Positions 38,454 to 51,651 are shown, numbered from the whole stretch's first letter. The stretch is 62,566 nt of DNA, filler included, from Gonapodya sp. JEL0774 (GCA_027604505.1; 22 parts of 22 records of this genome joined end to end with filler, not necessarily neighbours in it); one strand, 5' to 3'. Translations and numbers: made by a program. Notes: generated from the letters alone by a model not told the origin.

Positions 38454-39955
38454 TCGCAATTGTATCACGCTCATGTCTGCACCTGTCACAACGGTCGAGT
38501 GTTGAGTCTTTCTGTTCCCAATCCCCGTCCCGAGGGTCGCTTTGACTAATGCACCGGTCTCGTAAAAAAAACTCACCGCTTCCTCCCATGGACATGACAG
38601 CGGCCATTTCTTCTTCTCCTCTGTATTTGCGGCAGTCTGCACTTTCCTCAATTGCCAGTCCTTGTGTCCGCCGTCGACAGTTTTGTTCGCGAGACTTTTT
38701 GGTTTTGGAAGGGTGCACATCCGATGGGCGGCAGGCAGGGCGAGGGAAAGCTCCGACAGGCACCGAAACACGCGATAATTTGCGCCAAACACTTCCCAAA
38801 AGTTCGCAAACCTAATATAGTTTACATTCCTAGTACACCTCTCGTCGCTCTCCTCTCTTCTTGTCCTCCCCTTCCCTCACTCGGTGACCTGGTGATGTCA
38901 TCATCACAAAATTCACCGAGTCCAACCGTGACCCACCCTAAACCCCTCCACTCGTTCGAAGAGATACCGAGCGCAAATACCTTGTGCGAGAGCTCCCTTT
39001 TCCCTTTTTCCGTGGATACCTTCTTAGGTCCCCGCGTCCCCCATGGCCCACGGTGCACCTTGTGTCTGAGCTGGATAGACTCTGCCGGACCTCGGGAACT
39101 CTACAGGTCCCTGCGCAACGGCACAACAAATCTCCCCCTCCGCGGCGAATCTCGTTTGAAACTGTCATCTGTTTTACGCATGCAGGCGTGAGGGGCTGAG
39201 CCGAGAAATTTCAATAAGGGGACAGTTGTTGTTCCGTGGCTGGTGCCTCTTCTCGACACATCTATGACTTCCAAAACACTGCAACAAATGATCATGATTT
39301 GAAGGGACCTCTCTGTTCTGGTCGAAATTGTTGTAATACATATCGTGCAGGCTGTTGAACCATCAGCAGGTCATGACTGGGAGCGAATGGTCCGCAGTCT
39401 CGGTGGATTGGATTACTTCAATGTTAAATCAACATCACTTCAAATCCAAGCTAATCTACAAATCCTAGAGTGCACGCTTTGAACTTGAATGCAACGAAAC
39501 TGTTTACCCACACAAGACCGCTTCTCTTCAACTCCACAGTCTCTTCCCTTCTCCCCGTTCTCTGGCAACCACGACCATCTGTCGATGTCTCGACACTTCC
39601 CATCACTCACCGTCTCCTTCTCCAGACATTCACGTCCTCCCATCGCATTTTCCTCTCCGCTTTTTGGTGTGTCTCCACTGCCGCAAACGGCAACGATAAA
39701 TCGAGTTCGAGCACTCGCATCGCAATCGTTGCCCGCTGCCGCGCATCCCCAGACACCGCAGAATCCTCCGTCTGGAAATGCAGCCATCGATGTTTTCAGG
39801 AGTTTCGTCGTCCAACCGGCCATGACCATCGTGAGTGTCCACGTGGTCTTCACCTNNNNNNNNNNNNNNNNNNNNNNNNNNNNNNNNNNNNNNNNNNNNT
39901 TAATTAATTAANNNNNNNNNNNNNNNNNNNNNNNNNNNNNNNNNNNNNNNNNNNN

Positions 39956-40437
39956 CTTGGTAACATCACTGTTAACTGTATTTGCCCTGGTCCAATCAAC
40001 ACGGGTACGTTGGTGTAATATCCGAAGCTTTTGGGTGGTTGGGTACAATCCTCATCAACTCTTCTTGGATTGATTCCGCTTCAATGCCGTCCAGGCATGA
40101 CTGCTCGCTTATCGGACAAGGACAAGCAAACTTATGCTCGTCGTAGAGTCCCCCTTCGTCGGTATGGCGAGCCAGAGGTGAGCCCTGTGGACAAGTACAA
40201 CGGCTTACTGTGACCGCCTGTTTGGATCGACTTGCACCACTTTCGACATTTCCAAATTGTAGGAGGTGGCTCAGATTACCGTGTCCATGTGCATGCCTGC
40301 AGCCTCATATCTCAACGGGGTGACGGTTCCTGTCGATGGTGGTGAGTCCTTCGCACGACGCGTTCAGTTGCAGACTATTGCGGAGTTTCGCTGGCTTACC
40401 ATTCGCATACAAAGGAATGGCAATTCGTCACACTTAG
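39956..40437 (+). CDS. Short-chain dehydrogenase/reductase (FabG-like), 3' exons
   Basis: ITVNCICPGPINTG-MT...RVPLRRYGEPE-EVAQ...ASYLNGVTVPVDGG-MAIRHT*. Confidence 0.9.
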
Positions 40438-40922
40438 CCCGAACGAGACCAGACTTTTGTGTAGTAGTGAGCATCCAATACATAAGCACCACAAACTGAA
40501 TTCGACCTTCACGATGACAAGGCGTTCAATTTTGAACAAGGTCACCACCTTTTATTCGGTCTGCCAAACTAACGCACATGTGAACGAATTGTACCTAGAT
40601 GGTACGGTACTGGACTCTCCGTCAAGTTAAAAAGGCCTGGCTTTTGGGTTCTGGCGATCCGAATATGGGTGGTAATAGTGGTTGACTACAATAAATGCGC
40701 ACACCCCAAGAATTCGCGGTAACATGTTGACAGAGGGTTCGGCAATGATTTTCTACGAATTACAAAGCGTGGAGATCGCTACAAATCTCGCAAACTCGAT
40801 CGTGCCATGCCCATACGTCTGTTTGTTAACTTCAGTATAAGATACGGGAGCGCACGGAGAGCAATGTCCATTCCGAACCGCTCGCCGTCAAAAGGACAGC
40901 GAGCTTGCGAGCATTCGCAAAC

Positions 40923-42656
40923 TCAAGAGGATGGTTGTAGGCTCCTACTGGAGCTTGAAACTTCACGAACAGGAATCTGCTCATGTTTAGAATTGAGGTC
41001 AATTGGCGCGTCTAGTAACATCAAGTGTTTATCGTAGTCGAGGGCCGGATACTTGAGCTCAGAGATCTGATCCCAAACAGCACCGTCAGAGAGAATGAAA
41101 GGGGTGGCCTCCTATTGAACGTGTAGGTGAGCTTTGCGGACTCTCAACATCGCGCTTCCCTTCAAAGATTCTCAAACAAGTACCATTTCCAACCGCAACA
41201 GCTCAAATTTCCCTATGGTCGCATCGTAATCAGGAATCATCATTGTCGCATCTAGTCCAGTGAGGTTGTCGCGAGCAGTTGCTATCAAGGTGCGGTTTTC
41301 GTGGATTCCCAAAGTAACCTCAATACTGGGAACTCCACGAGGAGCTGGTGGGATTCCCGAAAGCTCGAACGTTCCTGAAAGAAATGATGGCATTTTGGAA
41401 TGAGCCAATGGACCACTCCATCGTGACTTGTCAATCACCTACCGAGATGAATGTTTGCAGTAGAATGTGGTCTCAGCCCCGCGAAAACTCGAATTGAGAC
41501 AGACGACTGATTGTCCACTGACGTAGTGAACACTTTGGACTTCTCCACGGGACTAATCGACAACCGCGGAACGATCCTGCCGTCCAATAGTAAGCCACAA
41601 CCAACTAGCCTGGGCGCGATTCAAACAGTAAACTCACTTCGCAATGAGCCCTCCGTTAATTTCAATACCCAAGTTTACCGATGTCAAATCCATATCGCAG
41701 AAACAGCAGCCGAAGTTATGCTTGTCGTCTTCATTCGACAAAATTCCTCCTTGTATCGCAGCACCCAATACTAGACGGGGCAAAGACAGGCGTGAGAAAC
41801 GAGCCAAAATAGTTTTATGCAGTCTCTCACCGACAGCTTCCTCTGGCCTCACATTCCGATTCTGCAGAATTGTCGCTCCACCAAAGATCTCATCCATCAC
41901 CCTCACAAATCGCGGAATCACAGATGACCCTCCCACGAGGAAATAGTCCGTCATATCTGCTTTTGCCACACCTGCGTCGCGTAGAGACCTCTCGACCAGC
42001 TCCTGAATCTCGCCGAAAAGATCGCTGCAGGCGACCTCAAAATCGTTTCGGGTCAGCGTCTCAGAGACGTTGTGACCGTTGAACCAATCGCGAATCTCAA
42101 AAAGGGCCGAGGTGTTTGTGGTGAGCGTCTTCTTTACGTTCTCCGCTTCTTGCTGTAAAAGCTCCAAGGCGTGCAGGTCTTCAGCAGGATCAAGTCTGGT
42201 GGAATTCCGAAACTAGTATCACAAATGTGAAAGCATTGCAGACGATGAAAATGATGACCTGCCACAATGTAACCCCCCTTAGGGAATGTGACGCATTACC
42301 TGCATCAAAACTCACCCGTCTCACGATTTCCTTGCTGATCCTCTCATCAAATACTCTACCACCAAACGCACCATCTCTCGCTGTGCCGAGAACCTCGAAA
42401 ACGCCATCCTCGAGCGACAATACTGTGGCAGATGACGTGGTCGCACCTATGTCAACAACAAGGACTGATCACGTAGAGCGCCAAGGAGGAGGAGGAGGGA
42501 GGGGGGGGGGAGGTAAAAGCCGCCGGCATTAACGATTACCCTTATGACGGGATTCAGGGGGGAATCAATATGTTACTGACTCGTTCTTTCGGCGTTGAAT
42601 GAGTCAACCTTGTGTGCTATCGCAGCCGCGGTTGGCGAATTGATGATGCGTTCGAC
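40923..42656 (-). CDS. Divergent Hsp70 (BiP/Kar2-like) family protein, 5' partial
   Basis: [23 protein letters not shown]...[83 protein letters not shown]. Confidence 0.88.
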
Positions 42657-43096
42657 TAACATGGATCGGTGAACTCGGAAAATACGCAGCCGGACANNNN
42701 NNNNNNNNNNNNNNNNNNNNNNNNNNNNNNNNNNNNNNNNTTAATTAATTAANNNNNNNNNNNNNNNNNNNNNNNNNNNNNNNNNNNNNNNNNNNNTCGC
42801 TCTCAGATGACCACCTGTCCAAATCCGACACCCGTCCCTCTACACCACCTCTGGGCCACTCATCTCCTATATCCAACACCCACAACAACCACGAGGCCTC
42901 AATCTTTCCGAACTATACCTCGGACAGCGCTCGTGCCCCTCCTCGCGTCTCAAGTCCCGTCGAACTCCCCGGTGGAGGCCGTCGTAGGCGTAAGCGCGCT
43001 CGTACGCCACCTTTAGAAGCACCTCATAATGGTCAGGCTGAGCATGCCAACGAGAAGCAAACCGGCCAAAAGCAGGTCCTTGAACAGATAAAGACA

Positions 43097-44617
43097 ATGT
43101 CTGCGGACTGGCGCAGTATTGTTTCTGGTGGTCAAGGAGAGATTGGAGGGTTTGCGAAGCCCAAGCTGGAAAATAAAAGACGGCGATTAGCAGCATCGGA
43201 GCGGAGTACACATACCGCACTGATAGAGGAGGATGATGTCACAGACACGGGGACGGGATCAGCAGAAGAAGCAGACGCTGCTTACTGTGATCTCTCTTCT
43301 CGAAAGAGGAATGGACAAAAACGCGGGAGACCCGCATCATCCGCCCCGGCCGGAGGTCGTAAAAGTACCTCGCTCGCCTCAAAGTCCGCCAAAACGTCAG
43401 GAAGATCCACAAGTGCCGGCAAAAGCGCCCCCACAGAATCTTTGGCCGTTCCACTGATAACTACGCCTCCTACCAAGCGTTCTCGAACGACGGGACACCG
43501 TGTTGAACCCAAAATCAATGTATCCATTGTGCCAGCCGAGCAGGAGACGACTCAAGGGCTATCAGTGCAGCATGCTGAGGGGTTTGCTACTCAGCATAAT
43601 GGTTATGCTCCGCACGCTCTAGAGGCAGCATCAGATCACTATCTAACAGCACCGTCCGGGCAATACGGCGAGCATGATAATACCTTTGAGGACGATCAGG
43701 GCCCACCATCGCCGTCTGATGTTGTGTGGGCTCGTGCTCATGCCGCAGCAGAAGCAGCAGGCTTGTTTGCGCGGCAGTTGGAGGTTGGAGGCACTGGACC
43801 CAATGTCTCTGCCGATCTTGATCAAGGTGTAGACGATGGGGCGGTGCACGAGGAAGGAGAAGCAGGGGAGCAGATAGTGAAGCTGGACAGTGAGTTTAAC
43901 CGATTGCAGCAGTGTGGGTTCGATCGCTCGAACCCTAAAGGACGGATCAAAAAATCCTTCCCAAGGCGTGAACTCGAGACTTCCCGAGACTTTAGACCCC
44001 AAGCGCCCGGTGAGAATGTGGATTGGTGGAACAAAGGTACAGGGGAAACTTTACAAAACGTGAGTGCAGAATAGACGAGGTACCTGGGATTGAGTTGGTG
44101 CACCTTTTGTGCTCATTGGCTATTGTGCCCACGAAGACTTAAAAATGCGAAGCAGTTCCTGCTGGATCAACGGAATATCGCGCTCGGCAGATGGAGATGT
44201 GAGGAATGTGATAAGACGGTGAGGACTCTCCTCGTTCGCGCCCATAATGCCGACCTCTGCGTTCATACGAAAGCCCCTTCGGTTTTGAAGTTCTGCCGTC
44301 AACAGCGCCTGGAATCCCACAACACCACACGGCATCCGGAACGTTTCCAAGGCGGTCCGACTGACAGTTGTTATAAGCCCTCTCCTGACCAATACCCTCC
44401 TTTCCAGCCGTACGGCATCCAACAAACCCCTCACTCGGTCGTCCATTCTCTCCTCACGAACGCTCTTGCGAACTCTGGCATGGTTCAAGTGTCGCAACTT
44501 TCAGCCGATTCCGCCAATCATGGCCGAGAAGCCGGAGATCCAAGCGGGGACGACGTCGTGTTCAGGGTTGTGGTGCCCAGGGGTATGGTGCAGGGAGTGG
44601 GAGCTGGTGGAAATTGA
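43097..44617 (+). CDS. Hypothetical protein with one C2H2 zinc finger
   Basis: Basic/acidic disordered ORF followed by spliced WRCEECDKT-FCRQQRLESHNTTRH. Confidence 0.6.
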
Positions 44618-45015
44618 TGAAATGAAGGGTGGGCGTCTTGTTTTTAGTCAATGGTATGATTTGTTGGACCTAAGTTCCAAAATGTACACTGAGATATTTG
44701 GGAGTAGCAGATGCTGATCACACACATATATATCTCCTTGTGTGCAAGCTGCGTTGAATAGTTTGATCTATCCATTCGAGAATTGGAGAAGTGAGGGGCA
44801 TTTGCATTTCGCATTTGCGCATCAATTATTGTCAGGTCACGTCGACGTGGGCACTCATGTTCCCCAAGCACGCGGCTATTTCGCGAATCGCAGCTCTCTC
44901 GTACTTTTCTATACCATTTTTCTCATCACGCTCTGATCCCGAGTCGCCGTGGTCCCCAAATTGCCCATGCCTCGCAACTGCTCTGCCGAAACGACGGGAG
45001 TCGCAGGCCGCGTTA

Positions 45016-45537
45016 ATGGATTTCGTGTCAGAAAAGCGTCGAGAAGTCGGGAAATGGGCAGACGAGGCTGTGAAACTAAAAGGCCGTGACGCTCAGCTCG
45101 CTCGAAGATTATTTGAGAAACGATTGGAGGACTTACGTGTGGAAGTAGAAACCGAAAGCGAGGTGAGTGCACACCGGATGAGACCAGATTCCGAGTAGAA
45201 TTCAGGGAGCTATGTCGGAATCTATTTAGATGCTGTAGGCGATAAGTTTCAGTTGCGGACCTGACACAATCTCTGCTGAATCCAACCCACAGCGGATCTT
45301 ATATGGCCCATCAGCAAGCTCTCGAAACGCTTACCTTTCTGTGAATGGCTGCACGAAAGCTACTTCCAGTGCCGTCTCAGCGATATCTGCTTTACAGCTT
45401 CCCATTGTTGAGATGTGTGCTGGAGCAGGACATTGGGAGCGTGTATTGAGAGAAAACGGTGTGGACATAATCGCATACGATGATGGCAGTAGCATACCGG
45501 GTGCAGAAGAGGTGGGGCCTGTCTCAAAGGGAACAAC
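45016..45537 (+). CDS. Putative class I SAM-dependent methyltransferase-like protein, 5' part
   Basis: LPIVEMCAGAGHWERVLRENGVDIIAYDD resembles SAM-binding motif I plus the acidic end of beta-strand 2. Confidence 0.55.
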
Positions 45538-45752
45538 NNNNNNNNNNNNNNNNNNNNNNNNNNNNNNNNNNNNNNNNNNNNTTAATTAATTAANNNNNNN
45601 NNNNNNNNNNNNNNNNNNNNNNNNNNNNNNNNNNNNNTGGAGGTGGGTAGAGAGGTGCCTGGTCGGTGGCGGTGGGTGAAGGGGGCCCGGCCAGGAGCTG
45701 AGCTGAGTTGAGCCTGGGCATTCCGCATGGCGTTGTTCCACATGCACCACAG

Positions 45753-46082
45753 GGCCGCGCCCACATCCTCAAGATCCACGCGCGGTCCATGTCCGTTGAG
45801 CGTGACATCCGGTACGAGCTGATCGCGCGGCTGTGTCCCAACGCCACGGGCGCAGAACTCAGGTCAGTGTGCACCGAGGCGGGTATGTTTGCAATTCGAG
45901 CACGGCGAAAGGTGGCGACGGAAAAGGACTTCCTCGAGAGTGTTGAGAAGGTGATAAAAAGCTACTCAAAATTCTCCTCTACACCCAAGTACATGCAGTG
46001 AGTATTCTCGCCTGTTGAGTCAGTCTGTCGGCCATCGGTATACTAATTGTTGATTCTATTCACTTTTTGCAGCTTCAATTAG
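45753..46082 (+). CDS. RPT1: 26S proteasome AAA-ATPase subunit Rpt1 (PSMC2), 3' exons
   Basis: [84 protein letters not shown]. Confidence 0.96.
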
Positions 46083-47215
46083 GGTTCCTTGGAGTCCACG
46101 TTGTATAGATTACATAGTCTTCATGCTCCTCATCCAACCTATGCTATGTGCCGTCTGCGTGTCACTCTTGTGCTCCGAAAATTTTTTTCTTTGAAGGGAC
46201 ATAGGGGCATGTAAATGTTCTGCACTTCGCATTCCATTACTGGATAGGAGTTTGTTTATGTAAGAGAGGTTCAGACAATTGGCAATCAGAGTTACGCATC
46301 TGTAATCAGTCTTCGTTGGTTCACACAAATGAAAAACCTGGCAATTTGGTTTCCTACCTGCCCACCTTCTGGCTGGCTACTGCTTTATATCTCCTGCTTG
46401 TAGTCTGCACATGGCATATCTTGAGCTACCAGTTTGCCAGAAAATGCCTGCAAATGCATATTCATTGTTTATGAGGTCATTGTAACAGACAACGCTATGG
46501 CTCATATCCATCAGCCCAAATTGCAGAATGAGGGGAATCACACTTCAAATTCACTGTTCACTATAGAGTTGGGGTATAGAAGACAGCTGCATCAATGATC
46601 AGATAAGGCTGCTGTGATGGGACGGGTCGGAATCGATGGGAATCGAGGCCGAGACTCCAAGATGCAATGTTTGGCTGGCGCGCAGTGTGCCGACCAACTA
46701 ACCGCAATACAAATATATGTCTACAGTATGTACGTATCGCTCGTCATACAACACTGCCAACATGCAAAGTCCAGTTGAATGCTGCAGCCCCGCCACTATC
46801 AAAACTTAACAGTAGTAGTTAGAAAGGACTGTATAAAGTAATTATCACATTGACAGATTTTCGGGTTTGGGAAGAAATGGGTGGATCTTTTGATAGAAGA
46901 ATTCCTTGCTTCCACATTGCCCACACTGGATGTGGGACCAGTGGCTGGTATTGGAAGGACAAGAACAACTGCTGTAGCCTCAAGTACCTGGGAAATCATT
47001 TAATACTAGTGTCTGGCCCATAAGTCAAGGGCCGTAGCGCGGCCAAAGTTGATAGGTCTGACTTTGAAGACCATTTCCTCCATGTGCTGACATTGTAGAC
47101 AATAAAGATAATAAATCATAGAGCTAATGTACAACATATGGCGGAGTTTTTGATTGGAGTTTGGAGGGAATCGCAAATGTATTGAGTCCTTGCCGTATCA
47201 AAATGAGATTTTGTC

Positions 47216-48378
47216 TGTGTTGGTGGTAGTGAATTCAGTAAAGTCCCATTATTGGTGCAGGTCATGTTGACACATGTCACCACACTCTCCACTTTGGTCC
47301 CATGGCACAGGTTGAACCACCATCTGTCTTTGCAGACACTCTCTAAAATTGCTATTAAAATCCATCTCTTAAAAAGTTTTGAGATTTTTCAGCTTGCTTG
47401 AGGGTATTAGAGTGAACAGGCTTTGCCTTTCGACATCAGAAGATTGCAAGTTGACATGGCCACAACAGAGGTTCAATGCAGCTTTTGCACCAGTTTGACT
47501 TGAAACATGGTATGGGTGCATGACTGAGCAATAGGATAAAAATGCAGCTTGGGTTTCTGTGGACGGAGCTGCCTGCACTCAAGGAGGCAGGTCCATGCTG
47601 CTCCACCACCTGATTTGGCAGGATGGCAAAGGTTGAACTTGTGTCCAATCCTGCATGCCCTCTTGCAATATCCGTGAAAGTGTGGTTGTGAAAGAGCTTG
47701 GTCATTTTTCAGCGTGGGTGATTGATCAATTGTTCTGCCATTAAATGGCACGACAGCTGGTGCCAAAAAGTCCAAGAAAACTTAGCTCCTCTGTGTTCAG
47801 CTCTTTTATGTTTCTGACTGAGCATTGATGAGCGGTTTCTATTCATGTTGAAGCCCCAGTCTATTCACATTCAGAAACTGTGGATTTGTTGGCTGATTGG
47901 CTACTGCATTGATCCCCTTGGGCTTCAATTTTCTCATGTGTGGTGCAACAGAGTCTGCATTTGTCTGCATGGGATCCCCACTCCCTGCAATAGCGCAAAG
48001 GAATCTATCAAGTTCAGATGCCTAGTCTGTGCAGATGCGGTAGATGGGTGGACACAATGCCCAGTGGCTCAAGTCAAGCAAGCTGATCTTGGGTTTCTCA
48101 AAGGCTGTGGCAATAAAAATCTGTGGTCATCTCATCTAGCATGCTAAGTGCACCATGGAAAGTGTTGTCTCTCTTTTTTGGAGCCCCAGTCCATTGAGAC
48201 ACTGTGTGTTTGTTGGATCTGTAATTGTATGTGAGCCAGCACCAGTGTTCCATGCCCCACACCTGCAGTGCCAATTGATAGAGTGCACCTCACTCCCAGT
48301 GTCAAGCACCATATCTATGAAAACAAAGTGTTTGGGCAGAGTTGTGTGTTGGTGGGAGTGAATTCAGTAAAGTCCCAT
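47216..48378. repeat. CpG-poor decayed repeat region bounded by a ~34-bp direct repeat
   Basis: TGTGTTGGTGG(T/G)AGTGAATTCAGTAAAGTCCCAT at ~47216-47249 and again at ~48345-48378 (contig end), with only broken ORFs between. Confidence 0.6.
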
Positions 48379-48478
48379 NNNNNNNNNNNNNNNNNNNNNN
48401 NNNNNNNNNNNNNNNNNNNNNNTTAATTAATTAANNNNNNNNNNNNNNNNNNNNNNNNNNNNNNNNNNNNNNNNNNNN

Positions 48479-50370
48479 CCCCTTCGCTCCTCGGGTTTCA
48501 CAGGTTTCAAACCCGTAGACGTCCGTTCTCTAGGCCTCGAGTTCCAGTCGGCGAACTCTGTGCTGAAGGGAATGCTCCTTCCATGAAGCGATTGCTGTGT
48601 TTGTGCTGGTTGAGTCTGCCGTCCTGGTTCGGGATCCCGGGTCCGAGATGACGGTAGCCCCGCAGGCCGGGGTTCCAGTGAGAGCTGTCTGGTAGTGGTG
48701 GTTGTGTGTGCAGGGGGATCTGGTGAGGGGTGTCTGGTGTGACGGGTCGGAGGTGACCCTTGCACTGGTCGAGAGAGCTGTGTTTCACCGAGAGATCCCT
48801 CTGTCGGCCGCGCAGGCGATGTCACATGCTCTTCTGTTGTCCTTTCTGCCCGTTCCGGGGATCGAACCCTTCCTCCTCCTATGGTTGGTGAAGCGGGTCT
48901 CGAAAACAGCGCCCACGCTGGGTTACGATCCCGCGTAGGTGGGCTTGGCGGGCCAAGACGAGTGGGCGATGGCGACGGAGAGGTGGACCGTGGGCGAGAG
49001 CCGTGTGTAGGTGACGGGGTTCGAGCATTGCGGGGACCTCGATAGTGGCCGCGAGCGTCGTACAATCCTACAGGGCGTTCGCCGAGATCTGCGACACGAT
49101 CGATGAAAGCACCTCCAACTGTTTGCGTGTTCTCGTCCACAAGACGTTTCGGAGCTAGGACATGAAGCGTCCATCTATAAGTCAAATATACAAATATAAA
49201 GTAACCCTCCGCTGACTCACTTGACCACGAATCCGTACCGTATCCTACGGGCACGCCACCCTCATATCGCACGAAAGGGATCGGTCCGGCGTCCGCGGCA
49301 GGGGAGGGTTTCGGTTTAGGTCTACGAACGACCGGTGGATCGACACTGCGAGAACGGACTGCGGGTTGTAGGGGGATTCGGAAGGGCCATTTGTCTACTA
49401 TGTCATGTACAGCAGAACGGCCACGCTCCACAGTGGCTGAGCCCTCGACTACTGGATGTTCGGGGAGGTCTGGTTGTTCTGTTGCTGGAACTTGAGACTC
49501 CTGACCGGCGGTAGCAGATGCGTCTCTCGGAGGGCTCGCACCCCAGTCACCATTCCAAGAAGTTCTCGCGGCTTGTACCCTTACCCTCTCCCCTGCCGAT
49601 CCAATATATTTTTCGCCTGGTAGTGGCGGAACCCTGTCTGCGAACGGGCTCTTCTCCGGTGCCGGGGCTTCTATCGCAGCATTGAGCTTACGTTCCCGAT
49701 CTTTCAAAAATTGTAGCGCGGCGCCGCGGATTGCGCTGGGAGACGGGGTGTATGTTTCGTGACCCCACCATGACGGCTGTCCAAGTAGGTTTCCGGCATC
49801 GCCGGCTTCATCCCGAAAGGTGCCCTTTGCATGGTCGCGTGGAGCACTCCTGGCTCCAGCTGGCGGTTTCGAGGATACTACGGCTGCCTTGAGTTTCTTG
49901 AGAGGAATGGCTTGACCAGACCCCTCGTCTTTCAGAACGAGCTCTGCCAGGTTTCTGAAATTCTGGCGGTACTCTGTCTCTGGATTCCACGCGGTTCCTC
50001 TCGTAGGAGATACGCCTGACTCCTCCACTGTCTTCTTAATCGTGCTCTCGCCAGCCTGTGTGCCCGCATTCGAAACAGCATGGCGCTCCTCATTTGCCTC
50101 TCTTCCTGCCGTGTTTTCCCTCGCGGCCCTCTGTTGAAGAGCTTGAATTCGAAGTTTCAAAGCTTCGAGCAGCGTCTCATTTTCGGCAGGCAGCTGTTGG
50201 TTCTGAATGGGAGTCACTGACTGGGTGGTGCCGTCAGCCTGTACTATTGCACCTGCCGCGAGTTGATTCGAGGGAACGGACACTTGGGCACCGAAATCGC
50301 GCACGGGAGACCGAGCAGACGTTGATTTACGCGGAGGAAGAGGCCGGCGAACGTGGGGAATCGGCGGCAT
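48479..50370 (-). CDS. Pro/Ser/Arg-rich disordered protein with an MDM1-like ETEYxxNF motif (3' partial)
   Basis: ORF of ~630 codons (probably including a small in-frame intron near 49140-49205), a short coiled coil, and motifs ETEYRQNFRNL and FSTEFADW. Confidence 0.55.
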
Positions 50371-51319
50371 CACGGTTTTCCGTCTTCCCGGTGTGTGCCA
50401 GCAGGTGCTTTACAATTATGCAAGGGCCGAACGTCCCCCACCTCGAACCTACGAAAAAGCTCTGTGACGAGATGTATACAATCAATACAAATATAATACA
50501 ATGAAGGTTCTCCTCATTGGCTGGTGAGAGCATCGGTCAGCCCTCATTTGAGGAGAAGGCATTCAGCGTGTCATGCAAGAGTTCTACAGTTGCATATGAA
50601 ATACCTATCGAGTGATTTCCATATTTTAATGACAAGAACACAAGTTTTTCACCTTTGCCCGGCAGATGGACTGCGAAGTCGCCAAGATCGCATCTTCCTT
50701 TCCACTGCGATCATCACATTTCGTTACCATTCATTACATTCCCGAGCTGAAATATTTCTCAAGTCAAAACTATGATGTGCAAACTCCCCCAGGGATCCCC
50801 CAGCTCAGATCCGCGTGCGCCGACACCGATCAGAAGTTGTACCAGCCCTTGGGACAGTGTCTTCTCCGCGGTGAAGGGTCAATTTCAGCGGCATTCAGTA
50901 GACGTGAGCTTAGTATCAAGTCACGCGCCAAATACCCCACCATCTAGTCATAAAGCACAACAGGTAGTAGGTGGCGATTGCTCTCAGACATCTGCCCGTC
51001 CCCAAGCTCACGACCACCTTGCCCTTTCCTTGTGACACTGAATCCAACGTTTGTATCGACAAAGTAGTGCAATCCGATAACATCTGTTCTGAGTGGAATG
51101 AACAGGATTTCATTCAAATTCGGAATGGCGCTTGAACAGCGACAACGAATTCGATCCGAACGCAAACGTCGTCGGATATGGAAAGATGTCTTCGATGCTC
51201 TCGAGCACAACATCCTAGCNNNNNNNNNNNNNNNNNNNNNNNNNNNNNNNNNNNNNNNNNNNNTTAATTAATTAANNNNNNNNNNNNNNNNNNNNNNNNN
51301 NNNNNNNNNNNNNNNNNNN

Positions 51320-51651
51320 GGCAGGTGGGCAAGGCCGTCACGCTGCTGGAGCACGTCGTCGCCGTCCGTGAGCGGGTTTTGGCCGAGGACCACCCGTCCC
51401 GTCTCGCCTCGCAGAACAACCTCGCATACGTCAAGCGGGCCATGGCGGGTGCGGCTCTCTCGGCAGAAGCGGATGGGGGCAGTGGTGGCGGGGGTGAACG
51501 CCATGCTCGTGTGAGGTCTATGGTTGGTGGTAGTGGTGGCGACGGGGCGTCGTCAGGGCGCCCGCTCGGTGGAGCACCATCACTGCATGGGAAGAGCACG
51601 AAGAGTGGCGGCATGGTGCAGAGAATGTGGAACAAGCTGACTGGGAAATAG
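51320..51651 (+). CDS. Kinesin-light-chain-like TPR repeat protein (NLR-type C-terminus), 3' end
   Basis: GQVGKAVTLLEHVVAVRERVLAEDHPSRLASQNNLAY is a typical TPR_10/TPR_12 unit of fungal NB-ARC-TPR proteins. Confidence 0.85.

Noticed and set aside
47436..47775. Cys/His-rich broken ORFs suggestive of a KDZ/CxC transposase
   Set aside because: Motif spacing does not match, and Cys/His enrichment is expected from CG-to-TG/CA decay.
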